From contig CM082588.2 of NCBI GenBank assembly GCA_040954595.2, positions 3,122,513 through 3,186,512 of the forward strand: a DNA stretch of 64,000 nt, in the 5' to 3' direction. This stretch comes from Balanoglossus misakiensis. Lineage: Eukaryota > Animalia > Hemichordata. Numbering within the stretch: the first letter of the stretch is position 1; every line of letters begins with the position of its first letter. The notes under the pieces were generated by a model. The model did no database searches. It was not told where the DNA came from and saw only the letters and a list, made by a program, of their open reading frames with translations. Shown here piece after piece: positions 11,893 to 26,700 of the stretch. Position numbers and translations under genes: made by a program.

Positions 11893-13820
11893 TGTATACT
11901 GTACATTCCATGGATTGTCTGATTCTGTCAAATAAAAACCAACAAATTGGCCACTTGTTCCACTGCGGTGTACGTGTAGGTCTAGGCACAGCTAACATCT
12001 ATACACGACCTACAAGGTGGGTGTTATACTGTCGTGTCTGTGGACATGTATAGATATGGAAGTAGTGTACATTTCAATGTAAACATTGCCACTGAAAACT
12101 GCCAACGCAACAGTTCCACAAACTCTGAGTAGGTACTCGACAGTTAGACTAATCAATGAGGTGTTCACGTTTTCAGTAGTAAACTATTAACTTACGTATA
12201 TTATAAAGTCTGTCCAGTACTTATAAGTAACACCGGGCTTGAGAAGTTGAGTCTCTCATATGTACATGTACTACTAGTCACTCACGCAACCACTGTGTTT
12301 ACGGAACTTAGAGGACTCGAACTTCTTGCGATATCGCAAACATCTTTCGGCCGACAGACAGATTATTCTAAACAAGGGGTACCTTTTTACTAGACCAATA
12401 AACTTTCAACACACATCTACACCAAGCGTGTGCACTTTCGCTGTTTTCTTCATCAATCAATCCACTAACGCCACGACAACTTCCGGGATTGGAGGGAATC
12501 CCTTCCTCGTACACACACTGTTTACACCATTGAAATAAATATGAAAACAAAAGAGTTTAATACCAATTTAACACTTTTGAAAACACTTGCTGTTATGCAG
12601 AGCATTATAGTTCATATCCTTGATTCACTTATGAAAAAAGACCATTTATATCAGGAATAATAAATATTTCCAAACGCTTAGTTTTGGACGAGGATAAACG
12701 CTACCCACGACCACTGTTTTACTGGGTGTGACACATTTGTCGCAAATAACTTACATCACAAGGACACCCCAAATACCCTGGTTATGAACCATACAAATAA
12801 ACAAAAATGCCCTCTGTCTCCATCTTTGAGCATGCTTTATTCATTACTTGGCGATTTTGCCCACTTCCGTTGTACATGTCTTAGAAGTGGTAACCGCATA
12901 TTTGCCGTAAAATCTTGGGGTTATCTACTTCCGGTTGGTAACTCGGGAGGCCATGCGTACGTACGGGTCACAAGTGTAAGCTTAAGCCGGCCGTTTTCTC
13001 GTTCCATACGACCAATTTTATACTAATTTCATGATCGAGTTGGTAAGTGTTATTCATATAATTCGAATCTTTTCAAGGCTGGTGCAATCAGTGGTAATTA
13101 GTTGCCGAAATAAGGCATACGCGAACGTTACATGATGGGGGTTCCCCCAGTCAACAGCGTACATGTACGTTGCACACACAGCTGGAGTGACTGTCAATTT
13201 CATGTACATAGTCGGATGACATTGAGAAACCACTGAGTTTCTATGATAGTAGTGTAAACAGTTTTGTTCATGAAGTTCAAATCTGAACTGAGGTCAGATT
13301 GTGTTAAAATTCCTCGCATGAAACATCCTATGTATTTTTAGAGGTTCTATATAGGTCTTCGTATCATGTACAATGTATCAGGCAAAGTCCAAGCGCTTAA
13401 GGAACTGATCATGTTAAAATAATGAATGTTTTGAACAGTTGTGAGTCACGCGTCCTTGAATTGTTTCTCTTTCTGACATCTCTTTGTGCGGGAAACGACG
13501 ACATTCATATGTTGCGTAGTGGATTTCCCAGTCAGTTCCGTGGTTTGAGGAGAAAGGGACAATAACAGTTCCTGGACTTATTTTAGTTTGGTGAGTTAGC
13601 CTTGCATGTGCCTTCTTAATGCGGAACGTAAATTGTGTGATGTTTAGAACGCAGTTCATGCTCTGATTGCCTTCAGTATGGTCCTTGAACTAATCAAACC
13701 CACCCGACATCGCCCACTGACCTTCACCGACACCTTTCATGTTAAAAAATGGCTGTGTTTTGCAGGTGAGTGTAAATGAATGTCTAAATGCGAGTGTTGG
13801 AGTCTAGTCAGTTAACTGTC

Positions 13821-16800
13821 ATGACAAAGAGGAAGCACCGGCTCAGAAAACAGAAGAGAGATGACAGATACAATGACTCTTCTGATGAGACCACCGCTGG
13901 TGAAGGCATCCCAGGTAAGCAGAGGAGGAGAATGACCTCAACGTGTGTAGTACAGTCTAACCTGTCTATAGTGGCCAATCAAGGGATTTCCCTAAACTGG
14001 CCTTTATAGACAGGTCAGTTCATGTGCATTTAAATTGCTTGGGGGCTGTAAAAAAGTGGCCACTATTTAGAGATGGCCACAACCACAGGTTTGACTGTAT
14101 GTAGTATTTCGCAAGAACAAGATGGTATGTACCTTATGGCACCTTATGAATGACAACTCTATATATATATTTCACTTGTCAAGCATATGTGCCCTCATCT
14201 CCCATCTTGTTCTTGGGAATAATGACTGAAATCTGCTGAGACGAGTGCACATTTTAGTTTTTACATCTACTACCAAAGAATACTAAGAGGTCACATTTTG
14301 ACCTCAGTAACTTTTGTCACAACTGTGTTGGAAACACATTTTGTTTGCTTAAGGACTTTCCCCAGAGAAAGTAACATTTTAATAAGCTGCATGATGTATT
14401 TTCTTTTATGAGATCTAATTACTCTATCAGATTAAGTTCTGACCGGAAGAAAAGTCTATCAATAGAAAAACTATTAATCATAAATTCTTGAGATGTCAGC
14501 GTACATCCTGTATTGATGAAATGAAACAATTGCACCAACATAAAATTGTCAGTTACATCCAACTTAGTCATTTCCTGCTAATGACTGAGATGGACTATAA
14601 GCACATTTTACAGAGTTCTATGATTGCCATTTGCAATCAAAGAAATATTTGACTAAGCAGTCTGTGTTGTTTAATCACACAGGGAAAAGCTGTGAGCACA
14701 TCAGTAAATCTGTTGTCTTGTCCAATGTAAAGAAAGCATTGAAGCAAGCGACACTTGGAGAGTGTCTGGTGAGTATATCAACCCCATCAACAAATTTCCA
14801 CACCCACCCCCTACCCCCCACAACCTCCATTTCTTACTGCATTTCCAACCTCATGATAAACAAGGAATTGGAAGCTTGGTTTCAATTCACACTGTGTGCC
14901 ATATGGAATCAGAAATGACGGTGCAGAATTTTTGGCCGTCTTCCAAATACATGTATTGATCAATCCATATTGAATAGATAAGGATCTGGACCTTTGTCAA
15001 GTATTTTGCCACCCACTAGTTTCACTTTGACTACTCGCTAAAACTTAAGTTATTCGTGTCGTATTTACCCATACATGTAATTCTTTTAAGTTTTATTGTC
15101 AATTTACTAGCATAAAACAGACAGTACATATATTATTGTCTCGTTCTATACAGACCTGCAAAAAGGATGGTGGTAAAAGCAAAGATAAAAGTTCAGCAGA
15201 GGAGACGACATCGGCTGATGCTTTAGTTCCTGATGATATTGAGATTACAATATGGTGTTGTTTACAGTGTGGCCAGCAGGTAAATATAGTTGACTCCCTC
15301 TAGAGTGTATAGAAAATGTTATTCTGTTTTAGCATAGCACATTGTGAAAATGTCAAGTACAAATAATGTCATTTGCCTTCTGTGTCTGTAGGGTTGTGAT
15401 CGCAACTCACCAGGTCAGCATGCATTGAAACATTTCCAGACTGCACATTCATCTCCCCATTCTGTTGTAGTGAACCTCAACCTCTGGGCTGTCTGGTATG
15501 TAAACTAAAAAAAAAACAACAACAATATTTTTTGTTAAAGAAGATCTCCATGGAGCACAGATACATGAACAACTAACATGTGAATGGGTGTCAGCAAATT
15601 GTCTCTTTTTTGTGTCTGCCAGGTGTTACGAGTGCGATGATGATGTCACATTCGACAGCAACAGGAAACTCACAGAGTGCATAGAATTCATCAAAAAACA
15701 AGCAGGTGTCACCAAAGTAGACAGACCCTCCTCAGGTTGGTGCTTGAACCTTATCAAAATCCTGATCCTCAGTTGTGTGCTGTTACGTACACCACTGCAT
15801 AGAAGATCGAAAATTGGGTGTGGCCCTCGGTGCACAGTCTCAGAATCGATGCAGTAAATTGAAAACTACAGGAAACATATGTGTAAGGTGATAAAAATCA
15901 AACATAGCATCCATTGGGAGAATCTTGATGAAGGGTAACATGCCGGCTCACGGAATTTGGCAATTTTTTCTCACAGGAAAAAAGAAAGATAAGGAAATCG
16001 AGATCGCAGAGAAGGAGAAACAGAATGTGACTGGAAAATCAAGTGGAACTGTGTTGCTGAAGGCAAAGGTGAGTCATGATCTTCACATGATTATCACATT
16101 ACGGGTGTTACAATTGCCAATGAGAGATTTTTAAGAGGAACTTCCAACTGTGGGGTTTCGTGTTATTTTTAGCTGCTCTTGCAGTCAGAATCAAAGAGTT
16201 ACGAGCTGTTGAGAGGAAATTATTATAATGTACAGTGCAATCATGTATAGTAATTTGATTGCATAAATGGTTCCATAGATCACTATTGAATTGCATTAAA
16301 ATATCAATGAAGTGTAGACTGATAACTATTTTTATTTTCATTTTCAGGGATTAAATAATTTGGGTAATACTTGCTTCTTCAATGCAGTAATGCAGGTACG
16401 TTCATTTATAAAATTTCATTTGGCTAAATAGATTGACATACAAGAAAAAGCAAGACAAGCTTATTAGCTCTCAGTGAATGGATCTTTAAAAATGTTACAT
16501 GGTTTTTACTTCCGCAGAGTATGAACCAGACACACGTCTTGGATGTATTGATGACCGAACTTAGCAGGAAAGGAGTCACTATGACCATTGGACCAACTGA
16601 GCCAGATACGCTGGATAAAAACAAGAAACACGAGGAGAGTAAACTGGTAGGTATTTAGGACCTCCCAAACCATTGCTTATATTGCTCATTGACTGGTCGT
16701 CATGGTTTAGTTGACAACCCATACATGGGTGTTGCACATGACAGTTACCTAAGACATCTCTTGTTCTTCTGCAAATTCCAGACACCATTGTCAGTGGTGC

Positions 16801-19800
16801 TGACAGAAGCTGGCTCGCTCACGTCAGCCATGATATTGTTTCTGAAAATGATGAATGAACCCAGCAAAGGGACAGTCAGTCCGAGATTACTGTTCAACCA
16901 AGTCTGTCAAAAGTAAGTGCTGTATGGAACCTCTCCTGTACAGAGTTACTGTAGTATATGCACCTCTCAGATAATCAGATAATCCTCTGACGAAACTTTT
17001 AATACTTTGCTATATGATAGTGTGCGAGGAGAATACTTGGTGTTTACTGCCGTTGACCATGTCCCAGCATCTAAACAATAATGTTTGGCAGGTTTCATTG
17101 ATTTTGGTTGTATTTTCCTGTTCACAGAGCTCCCAGATTCAAGGGCTTCCAACAGCAGGATAGCCATGAATTGCTTCGATATCTGTTAGACGGGATGAGA
17201 TCTGAAGAAATCAGGGTACGAATTCCGTTCTTATACAAATTAGTTATTGAATGATACTTCTTGGTATTCAAGATTGTGATCCATTGCCGTCAGAAACAAA
17301 AATCATTTACAAAACTTTCCATGTTTCTCAACAGAGAGTAAAAGAGGGTATTCTCAAGGAATTTGGATTTCAAACCACTGTGAATCCAAAGATTGTTGAT
17401 GAAGAAGTTAAAGAGAAAATAAAAGGTGAGAGCTTCGAATGAGGCACTTTCCACAATTGCAAAATTTTATAGTGTACGATTTTACTTTAATTTTTCCATT
17501 ACTGTAGTCCTGGGACCTGAACATGTAAAAGTTTCTCATCATGAATACTGTGCAGAAAATACATGTACCCTTGTCTTCTTGCAGACTACGGCAAATGTGT
17601 CACCAAGACATTCGTGGACAGTGTGTTTGGTGGTCAGCTGATCAGCACAGTGCTGTGTGAAGAATGCCATGTGGTGAGTTCTCTACTCTGTTGCTACACA
17701 GACATTACCCTTTGACCCCCAGTTCCCTCTTCCTCTGTTGCAGTCACCCATATTCATTCAAAACGCAGATTTAAATGATTTATTTTTCTTTGTTCTTTCT
17801 TTCCAGCCTTCTGAAGTCTATGAACCATTTCTCGATTTGTCTCTTCCAATAACAGAAGCCAAAGTGTGGGTAAGTGGTTGAACTTGAACTAGTAATAGAG
17901 GTACTGTACATGTTTTGCTTAAAATTGGACATGCCATGAATTTTGTTGGATTGAAAATTGCAATTATTATATTCATCACTTTTTTTCTCTCGCAAACTCC
18001 ACAGCCTGCCAAAGGCATTTTCCAAAAATGCAAGAGAGGCGGTGTGCCATCGTCACCCAAGAGTCCAACAGCCATCAACGATCAGGAAAGTCTGTCGGAC
18101 GGCGTGACGGTGATCAAAAAGGTGGAGGATGAGCCAACAGGTCCCAGCAAGCACCAACAGAAAGCGGCAAAGAAGAAAGCAAAGAAAGAAGCCAAGGTGA
18201 GAATTTCAATTTGCACCTACTTCAGAATGATGTCAGAGGTCAATTGGGGGTCAGAGTGCAAAGGGTTAAATTCAGCCGTTAAAAGTACTGGGATTATTAC
18301 TACTAGTATTTGCCATGGTGTGTGTGTGTGTGGGGGGGGGGGGGGGTTGACAGAAAAGCCAATTCAGTTTTGGAGGCCCAAGAAAATTCCATAAGAGGTT
18401 GTGGAAGTGATTGCAAGAAAAGCTAAAATATGCTCCATATAGAAAACAGGTAGATCGTAATGTTCTGGAAAAAAAGGATTAATCTCTTGTGAACTTATTA
18501 TTGATCACTTCACCCAGCAAAACAAGAAGAAAGGAAAGCTTCTGAAGCTTGATGAGAAGAAGGACTCCCAGTCCGAAAATGAGCCTCACTTGTTGCGAGA
18601 CCCGAACGACGCGGACAGCGAGACGTCCATCGACAAGCGGGAGTTACTCATGAGGAAGACCACGCCCCCGGCTGTACACAGCAGGGACAGCAGTTTGAGC
18701 AGCGGCAGGCGCGGAAGCAGCGTCAGTCCTCTCTTGGACGACGGCGAGAAGACGTCGGTCAAGGAGGAAGAAGACGGAGCGGCGAACGGTCTGGATCTGC
18801 CACCGAAAGAGGAGACGGGCAAAAGGACTAAATCGGAGGGAGCCGAGCCCTCATCGCAGGACGCGCCGCTTGTGAACGGCGCGCTGGAGGAGGAGGACGC
18901 CTTCGATGAGGACGAAGAAGAGGCTGTGGAGAAGATGAAGAAACTGAGTATCGGCCAGGGAGGTGGTGTCGCGCAGATCGAAAAAGGAGAAGAAACTGCG
19001 CATACGTACAAGGGTGAGGAAACTACACAGATGGACAAAGGAGGTGAGTGTAGCCAACCGACCAAGGCAGAGAAGACCGGTGACATGAATGGTTGCACCA
19101 TGGATGATCACCAGGGAGATACCACTGTGAATTCCAAGGAGAACCACAGCATCCAGGAGATGCTGCAGAACCTGCCCAACGGAGACATCGGGCAGCACGA
19201 GAGCGGCGACGCCTCGGACAAATGCGCCAAACCAGACCCGGAGAAACCCAAGCACGATGTTGCGGTCTTGGAAGAGCTGGGCGCAGTGGGAGGGACGGAC
19301 GTCTCTAGCAGCAGCATTGAAATCAAGAAAGCCATGGTGCCTCTGGGCCCCAAGTATCAAAGCAGAGAACACGAGTGCTCCATTCAGTCGTGTCTCAGTC
19401 AGTTCACAGCTCAGGAATTACTCACAGGGAAAAACAAATTTGGATGTGAAAACTGCACCAAGATGAAACATAGAGGTGAGTTTTGAAAATAAAGACAGGG
19501 TGAGCCTGTGGAAGATCCCATATCATTTACATGTCCATTACTTGTATGCATCAAATCTTAATCATTTCTTATTTTTATATTGTCAGATTCCAAGGATGCC
19601 AAAATTGTCTACACAAATGCCAGCAAGCAGTTACTCTTACACCATACTCCTCCAATATTGACTTTACATCTTAAAAGATTCCAGCAGGTAAGTTGTGTTC
19701 TCCTTGTGTGTACAGTACAGTACAGTGCAGTGCAGTGCAGTGCAATTCATAAAATGCTGTTTCATTCGTCTCTCCTACAGGCCGGCTATAGTTTACGCAA

Positions 19801-20454
19801 AGTCAACCGACATGTAGATTTCCCCCTGACCTTAGACTTGGCACCATTCTGCAGTGAAAATTGCAAGGTAAGTTTGGCAGACAGTGGATTTATAAATCAC
19901 ATATATTAGAACTTCATTTACTTCATGACTGGCCCCTATAGACAGGTTTTACAGTATGTTTGTAATATATTTTTGTGTGTTTACAGGATGTAGCAGATAG
20001 CCACAATAGAATATGTTATTCACTGTACGGCGTTGTAGAACACAGTGGGAGACTGCAAGGGGGTCACTACACGGCCTACGTCAAAGTACGACAACCATCC
20101 CAGAGACTGCTCAGCTTTGTACAGTACATACAGCACGGCAAGAAAACAAACAAACAAGTCAACATGTACAAAGAACAACAGAACATGGCCGACGCGAAAT
20201 CTGAGGACTCCAACAATCAGGAGGTTGCCGTGGTGACCCAGAGGTCCGACCAAGATGGCTGCCATGATGTCAATGGAATTGAAGAAGAAAAGTCCTCGTC
20301 CGACTATTCCCGGCCCTTCACTGATTTCGAACCGCCCGATAAACCAACCGAGGGCAAGTGGTATTACATCAGTGACACTCACGTCACTGAAGTCAGCGAA
20401 TCGAAAGTTCTGAACAGCCAGGCGTATATTTTATTCTACGAGCGACTGCTCTGA
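13821..20454 (+). CDS. USP16/USP45: Ubiquitin carboxyl-terminal hydrolase USP16/USP45 family (ZnF-UBP plus USP catalytic domain), multi-exon
   Basis: ZnF-UBP ([23 protein letters not shown]...WCYECDD), Cys box [16 protein letters not shown] (~16348-16395), [24 protein letters not shown], His box [28 protein letters not shown]. Probable 5'UTR exon donor near 13042. Confidence 0.93.
13953..14097. mobile_element. Complete ~145-bp MITE with TA target-site duplication in a USP16/45 intron
   Basis: TA|CAGTCTAACCTGT...ACAGGTTTGACTG|TA: 13-bp terminal inverted repeat with one mismatch. Confidence 0.75.
19711..19744. repeat. Pentanucleotide microsatellite (TACAG)n(TGCAG)n
   Basis: tacagtacagtacagtgcagtgcagtgcagtgca. 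Confidence 0.8.
19927..19956. mobile_element. Terminal fragment of the same MITE family
   Basis: GACTGGCCCCTATAGACAGGTTTTACAGTA is close to GACTGGCCACTATAGACAGGTTTGACTGTA at 125-154. Confidence 0.55.
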
Positions 20455-23400
20455 TGAACAGAATTTCTGTTGAATTTAAATGGCCTTATCAAGTCGTGTG
20501 CGCACGACGATAAGCAATATTCAAAGAAAGGTGCATCATTTATATTTGTTTTGCAATTTCAATGAATGCAGCTGATGTTGTTGGGCCTCTCATATCATCA
20601 CTCGCTGTCATTTTCATTCTGTTTATTTTTAAATGGAAGATTTATCATTCAAGGAAGTGGGACTAAATTAAATGGGATGAAATAAGTTAAGATGGATGAA
20701 CTGAGAATTCAAATTGTTATATTTGTAGACCTTTGTAGAATATCTTGTGCAATCTGAGTCAAGTCTTTTGCTTGAGCTTTTAGTCTCGGCAATAGAGTAC
20801 TAAAAGTTTTGACAATTTCAAGAAAAATGTCAGGAATTCTGAAATACTGTGACTTTTATTATGTGAAAATTGTCGACCATTATTTTGCCAGGTAAAATTT
20901 TTGATTGTATAAAGTTGAACCTTTTGCCTTCAATTTTGCCATCTTTTCAGCAGCAACTTTCATGAGAAATTTGAATTATCAGCATTTTAAAAAGACATGA
21001 TCTTGATTCATTTTGCACTTTGTATTTAAAATCTTATGCAACTCATGAACTGAATTCTTTGAGCACTTACACTTATATGTCAGTTGTACGAATTCTTGTA
21101 GTGTAAAATACAAGCTAATGAATATTGAATATGTTGACAATGCTGTCAATTTCAATGTCTTTTCGTCTCGTATGGTGACGTAAATTATTTGTCAACTTGT
21201 GTGCATATGTGTTTGTGTGCATACCAGTGTGTACTTTAATAGAAATAGTTGCATATTGTAGTAACAGTTTCATGATACGACATTTAATTAACTGCTGCAA
21301 ATATATTCCAGTATTATAATGTGTTCACAAGAGACTTTTGCACTGTTTTTTGAGCATTGAAAACTTGTGTAACAGAACACTGAACTAAGGAAACACAGTT
21401 TACATGGCCCAATTTTAGAGAAATCTGTCTTTCTGGAACACAGTACATTTTCTGAACATGAATTTACTATTTGTGCAATTTCCACATGTTCATGTGTACA
21501 TTGAAATTCAGATGAAACTGGGTGGAGTCATGGGCCACAGAGTAGCGTGGAGTTTGGTCATGAATTAAAATAACATTCCTTTAATTCCAGTTCGTCTATA
21601 TAAGAGATTCTCTATGCAGTGACCCTTCATTTAATATAGTAACCTTTGAACCAATCACTTAACACTTTCAATAGTCTAATAGGACATTTGGGCTGATAGA
21701 ATTTAGAAATAAATGTCAATCTGTTGCTGAATCAATATTTGCTGAATCAGAATCTGAAACCGGTTTTGTGGTGCATGAATGTGAGTCTGATTTTGATGCA
21801 ATTATTAATAAAAATTGATGGACAAATTCTCAGGGCAATGCCGATATTGTTGTACATTTAAATTTGAAAGTTTTAAATGGACTTATAGGATATTAATCAG
21901 GAATCAATATTTGACTAATGGAACTTTGATTCACCGGATCAAATTAGACAATGTGAATATTTTCATGTGATGTTTTATGTAGGAAAGTGTCTGCTGTTTT
22001 TCTTTTGAAAAATGTATATTTTGTGTAATGTTGTATGGTTTCAACGTCCACTTTGTAAATTTCACAACTGATTTAAAAATTCATGTCACCATTCACAGTT
22101 TCCAGAAGGTAGGACTAGCCTTTTACCGTAAAGAGGTGCTTGATTTGCTTCAGAGGGGAAAGGTTATGAGGTTAGTATTGGTAACCAGCGATTATGGAAG
22201 GGGGGGGGGGGGGTGGCACCCCTAGCTGAATCTGTAGGGATAGGGAGACTGTGAAGACAATCCACTTGATGTAATAAAGAGAATGTTGACATAGCAGAAA
22301 TGCTCTGGTTGGATTAACGGTGTCAAGATCAGTGTATTGCATTAAAGTAATTTGGATTGCATTCTATGATTCTGTTTTCCTTTACTCACAAATGACAGAT
22401 TCTGGTGTTGATATTAATGGTCTCATCATGGGTGATGGCTATGGGGTGAGAACACAGGCAAAGTTTGAATATTAACATCAGTCTGGGCACATCTATGATA
22501 CGTGTCAGGACAGAAAGACATACAGACGGACGGACAGAGCCTAGGTAATCCGTGAGTACACTGTACCCCCTCGCCTCAAATTCATAAATGTGAGCGGGCC
22601 AATAAACCACAAGAGTCACATCTTGCAAAAAAAACCTGACTTTAATATCAAATATCCAGTATTTTATACAAACCTGTCTCCGCCTGTACAATAACAATGA
22701 TAAGTACACCGTGCCTATTTACAAATCACGAATGATTTCTGTGCTTGGGTATGCGTCTAACATCTCTAATTCAACACACTCTAATACTGTCAAAGTCAAT
22801 AATGAACAAAACTCAGAAAAATAATGTGTCGTCGCTGCGTCGTTTGCACAATAGGATTAGAAATCAAGCATTAACATTAAAGAAAAATATAAAAATTTAC
22901 AAACATGATTTGTATTTGATCTACACTGACATGATGTCAACGTGAGTATAGTGAATCTGCCTTGGAGATTAAAGCTGTAACATCATTGTTTATAAACCCC
23001 AAAGGCTGGTTCATGTTTGTAGATTAAATTGATGCAACATTAACCCTGGAAGCAATCAATGACAAAGATGCGAAGTTTCAGCTGTCTAATTTTTCAGTTC
23101 TATTTCCAATTACACCAGGGATTTAATGCATTTGGGTATTGAAGTCATTATTATGTGCTTGTGAATACAACGAAATAATACTTTGGACAAAAACTTGCTT
23201 GATGTAAATACCCTGGCACACGCTTGATCATGATATAGTCACCCCCAAATAATAGGGGAACCCCTGATTGTGTGTAAGATTTATATGCTCTGTTTATGTA
23301 AATTAACATCAGAATTTTGAAAAAAGTTTCACACTATGGAATGTAATAATCATGTAGGGGAAAACATTGAATATTGTACTGGAGAATTTCAGTGCATGAG

Positions 23401-23798
23401 TGTATGGACGGATCTCTGTAAAAGCACAGAATGAAGTACAGTCGATTGACAAGACGTCACGAAAATGTTAAAAAAAAATTGTAACACAAATTTGCATAAT
23501 GCTGACAACACTGAAGAAAAAATTGAGATGCCATTTGCATGGTCACTTTCAACACTGCAAGTAACCCGACTTGGAAGGTTTATTTCCTCAAATACAGCAA
23601 CAACATGACAGAAAATTCCTAATGGTCACAACACACATTCGGAACACAGTGCATGCCATGCAGTCAGTTCGTTTCTCTCTGTCTCGCTTTTTTTTGAAAT
23701 ATTTAAAAAGAAATTCTCTGGTCCATTGCATACGAGGATGAGATCGCAGAAAAATTGTCCATCGCCATGGAAACCTAGGAAGCATCCAACGAATGATG

Positions 23799-26700
23799 TT
23801 ACATGATAAGTCTTGATCCGGGGATGTAGCGCGATTCGCTCCATATATTCGATTCGCCGCAATTTTCCACTCGTCTCTTGCACTGCGCACAGCGGTGGTA
23901 CTTGTCGCACTGTTCGTGAAGAAGCATTCCTGGACTGCTCGCGCGGAGACGCTCTTCGAGTTCCCGGCGTCGTTTCATCTCGTATGCCTTCTTCCAGTCT
24001 GATTCCAGCGACTTGCGATTGCTGAAGTTGCGTTCATGCTGTCCAGCTCGATCAGCAATTAAACTGAAATATTGAAAATGATCAACAGTTATATCAAGTG
24101 GCCTGTCATATTGGCTTTACCACTATGTAGAATATACTGTATATTTGAGCTGTGTTTTGTACACCCACGGCCAACTTGAGAGATATGTAATGTTATATTT
24201 GACTTACTCTCTTCTAGTGCGTTCAAGCATCTCCACTTCATCTTTCTGATGTTTCAAATGTCGCAGGATTTTGTCGCGTTTCCTATGGGCCACAGTTTCC
24301 AGCTGTTCCTGGTAAAGCTCATGGGCACGGCGACGTTGCTCGGCCAGTTTTTCGTTGGTGAAGTCGTTCTTGCCAAAGATGGGTTCTTTGGAGTCAGAGA
24401 CAGCGCCTGGTAGAGGCAGGGGCTTGAACCGTACCTAGAGTAGGGAAACACGTAAATTAAATTTCATCACGTACAGCCTGTAGTAGAACTTTACTATTAC
24501 CAGGCTGATGAAAGCATCATGGGAAATTTCCAAGATGGCGGAAGTTGACATGCAGACAAGTTCAAATTTATTTAAACTTGCAGGAGAGATAGTCTTAATA
24601 TAAGGAAGGACACAGAAGGAAATAATGAATTCACAGCCTTATAGATACTAACTAATACACTTGTAGGTGCTGTCATTCCCCCCCCCCCCCTACTTTTGAG
24701 AATAATGTCTAAATCTCACTGCACTGTTGCTAGGGTAACTAATCTAAGTACTAACTACTCTAAACGGTCCTTCACTAAGCCTCATTGGACATCCCTTGTT
24801 GAACGGCAGGATGATCTTAGGAACTGGCAGTGAAAGAGGCCCTAATGTTTTCTGTGAAGTCAAAGAGGTGGGGCTGGTCTGGCCGTTGGAACGGACAGGG
24901 TCTGGAAGGGTGCTATCAGACGGATCAGGCAAGAGGTTACGGATACGAATCTAGGAAGACGAGAAAGAGACAGTCACGAGAGGAAATAGTTAAAGAGTAG
25001 GAAAAACCTGTGACATGGATAAATTCATAATACTGAAAAAAAATTGAAACATGAAGCAAAAACAATTGCAAATACAGCAACTATCAACCTAATATTTATT
25101 GAGTGATGTTGACTGAAATTCAATAGTCTTTGTCAATGTCAACGTCTAGCTTACCTGTGCTGATAGTGCTCGTTGATAAGCATCACATTGTTCGCGCTTT
25201 TCCTTCAGGTATTGCTCTCGTTGGAATGCAAGGCTGTGGAGTAAACAATAATACACGTTATCAATCTACAATTCCGTGTCACTCAAACTGACTTGATTGC
25301 TTGATTATTAATGACCACCATTCAAAGATGGGCCACTCATAAGAACATTTTTCTGTATCCTCAGACGTTGTCCGGCTAACAAACATCTCAAAACTTACTC
25401 TTCTGCAAGCTGCACTTGTTCCAGTCTCTCCAGAAACTCCTGGTCGTGCTTTCTTTTCGTGCTTTGGGCCACTTTATTTTCAACTTGTTTTGCCAATTCC
25501 GTAGCCAATTCGTCCTGTTTGAGGAACCTGGGTGGTGTTAGTGGACGGTGCTGGAAGACGTAAGATCTCTGTGAAAATAGAAAATTTACTGATTAGGGAA
25601 GAATTTCCACTAGATGATTGGTATGTCTGTTACTTGAATGTTTGTAATTATTCCCAAACTAAATTTTTCCCGAGTATCTTGAGCTGTTGTCTATCTATTT
25701 TAACTTTATAAATTAGCTCTTTTTTTTGAAGGACTCACATGAAACTCTGAGGACCGTTCGCGTTTCTTGTTCTTAATGGCCTCGGCGACACCCAGATTGA
25801 ATGCCGCGATTTTCTGACTCTCATGTCGATTGCCGAGGTTTTGAGCCTGTAACGAAGAACAGATTCATGTTAGTTGTGTTTAAAAGAACTGGAATTGATA
25901 TACAGATTACAAAATAGAACAATCAAAATTTAACCAAAAAGGAAACTTCTGAATGACATCATAGGTCACCAAGGGGTCAGGGGTCAATGGTTCTCTACTG
26001 GCCCTTGGCATGGACACAGAAAAACAACTGTACCTGTTCCCTGACGATGGCCTCAGTATCTTTCATGTGTTGGAACTGTTGCAAGAGCCTGTCTTGCTCC
26101 ATTTCTTTCCGGCGGCGTTCAAGTTCGAACGATATGGGGATGTTGCGGCTCTCGCGCTGGTGGCACAGGTAACAGAGTTCTTGCCCGGCCATGGTGCTGT
26201 GGCCGCATGCCGATGATGGCGGAGTGGGAATCCGGAAGTAGACCTCTGGAGTTGTGCGTGGCCGCATCATTTCCCGGGGACTACCGGGCTTGCTGGGAGG
26301 CGGCGAGGGCGTCAGGGCCGCCCCGCGAATGCCCCTGGGAGCAGACGGTGACTGCGGGGTCAGGAGGTCATCGGTGAGACTTATCCCAGTGGCCTTTGCG
26401 GTGGGTGCCAACTGTCTGGACAGACCACGTCCGGTGGGACTTACAGGCTTCTTGGGCGATTCCTCAGCTATAAAACAAACAGAAATTAAAATTTTACAGC
26501 ATACAATGTATAATACACATGGTAAACAGTACGTGAGTTGTGATCTGGTGACAGATTTTTCGGTATCATGTTTTAGCAAGCAGTGTTAACCACCATGATG
26601 ACACCTCTCGTAATGAAACAAACAATCAATCTTACCTTCTCCCTCTCTCTGATCTTCTTCATCACCTGTCTCCCCCTCCCCTCCATCTTCTCTCTCAGCC

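Noticed and set aside
18586-19372. Minus-strand ORFs of 171 and 173 aa
   Set aside because: Antisense to the GC-rich USP16/45 exon
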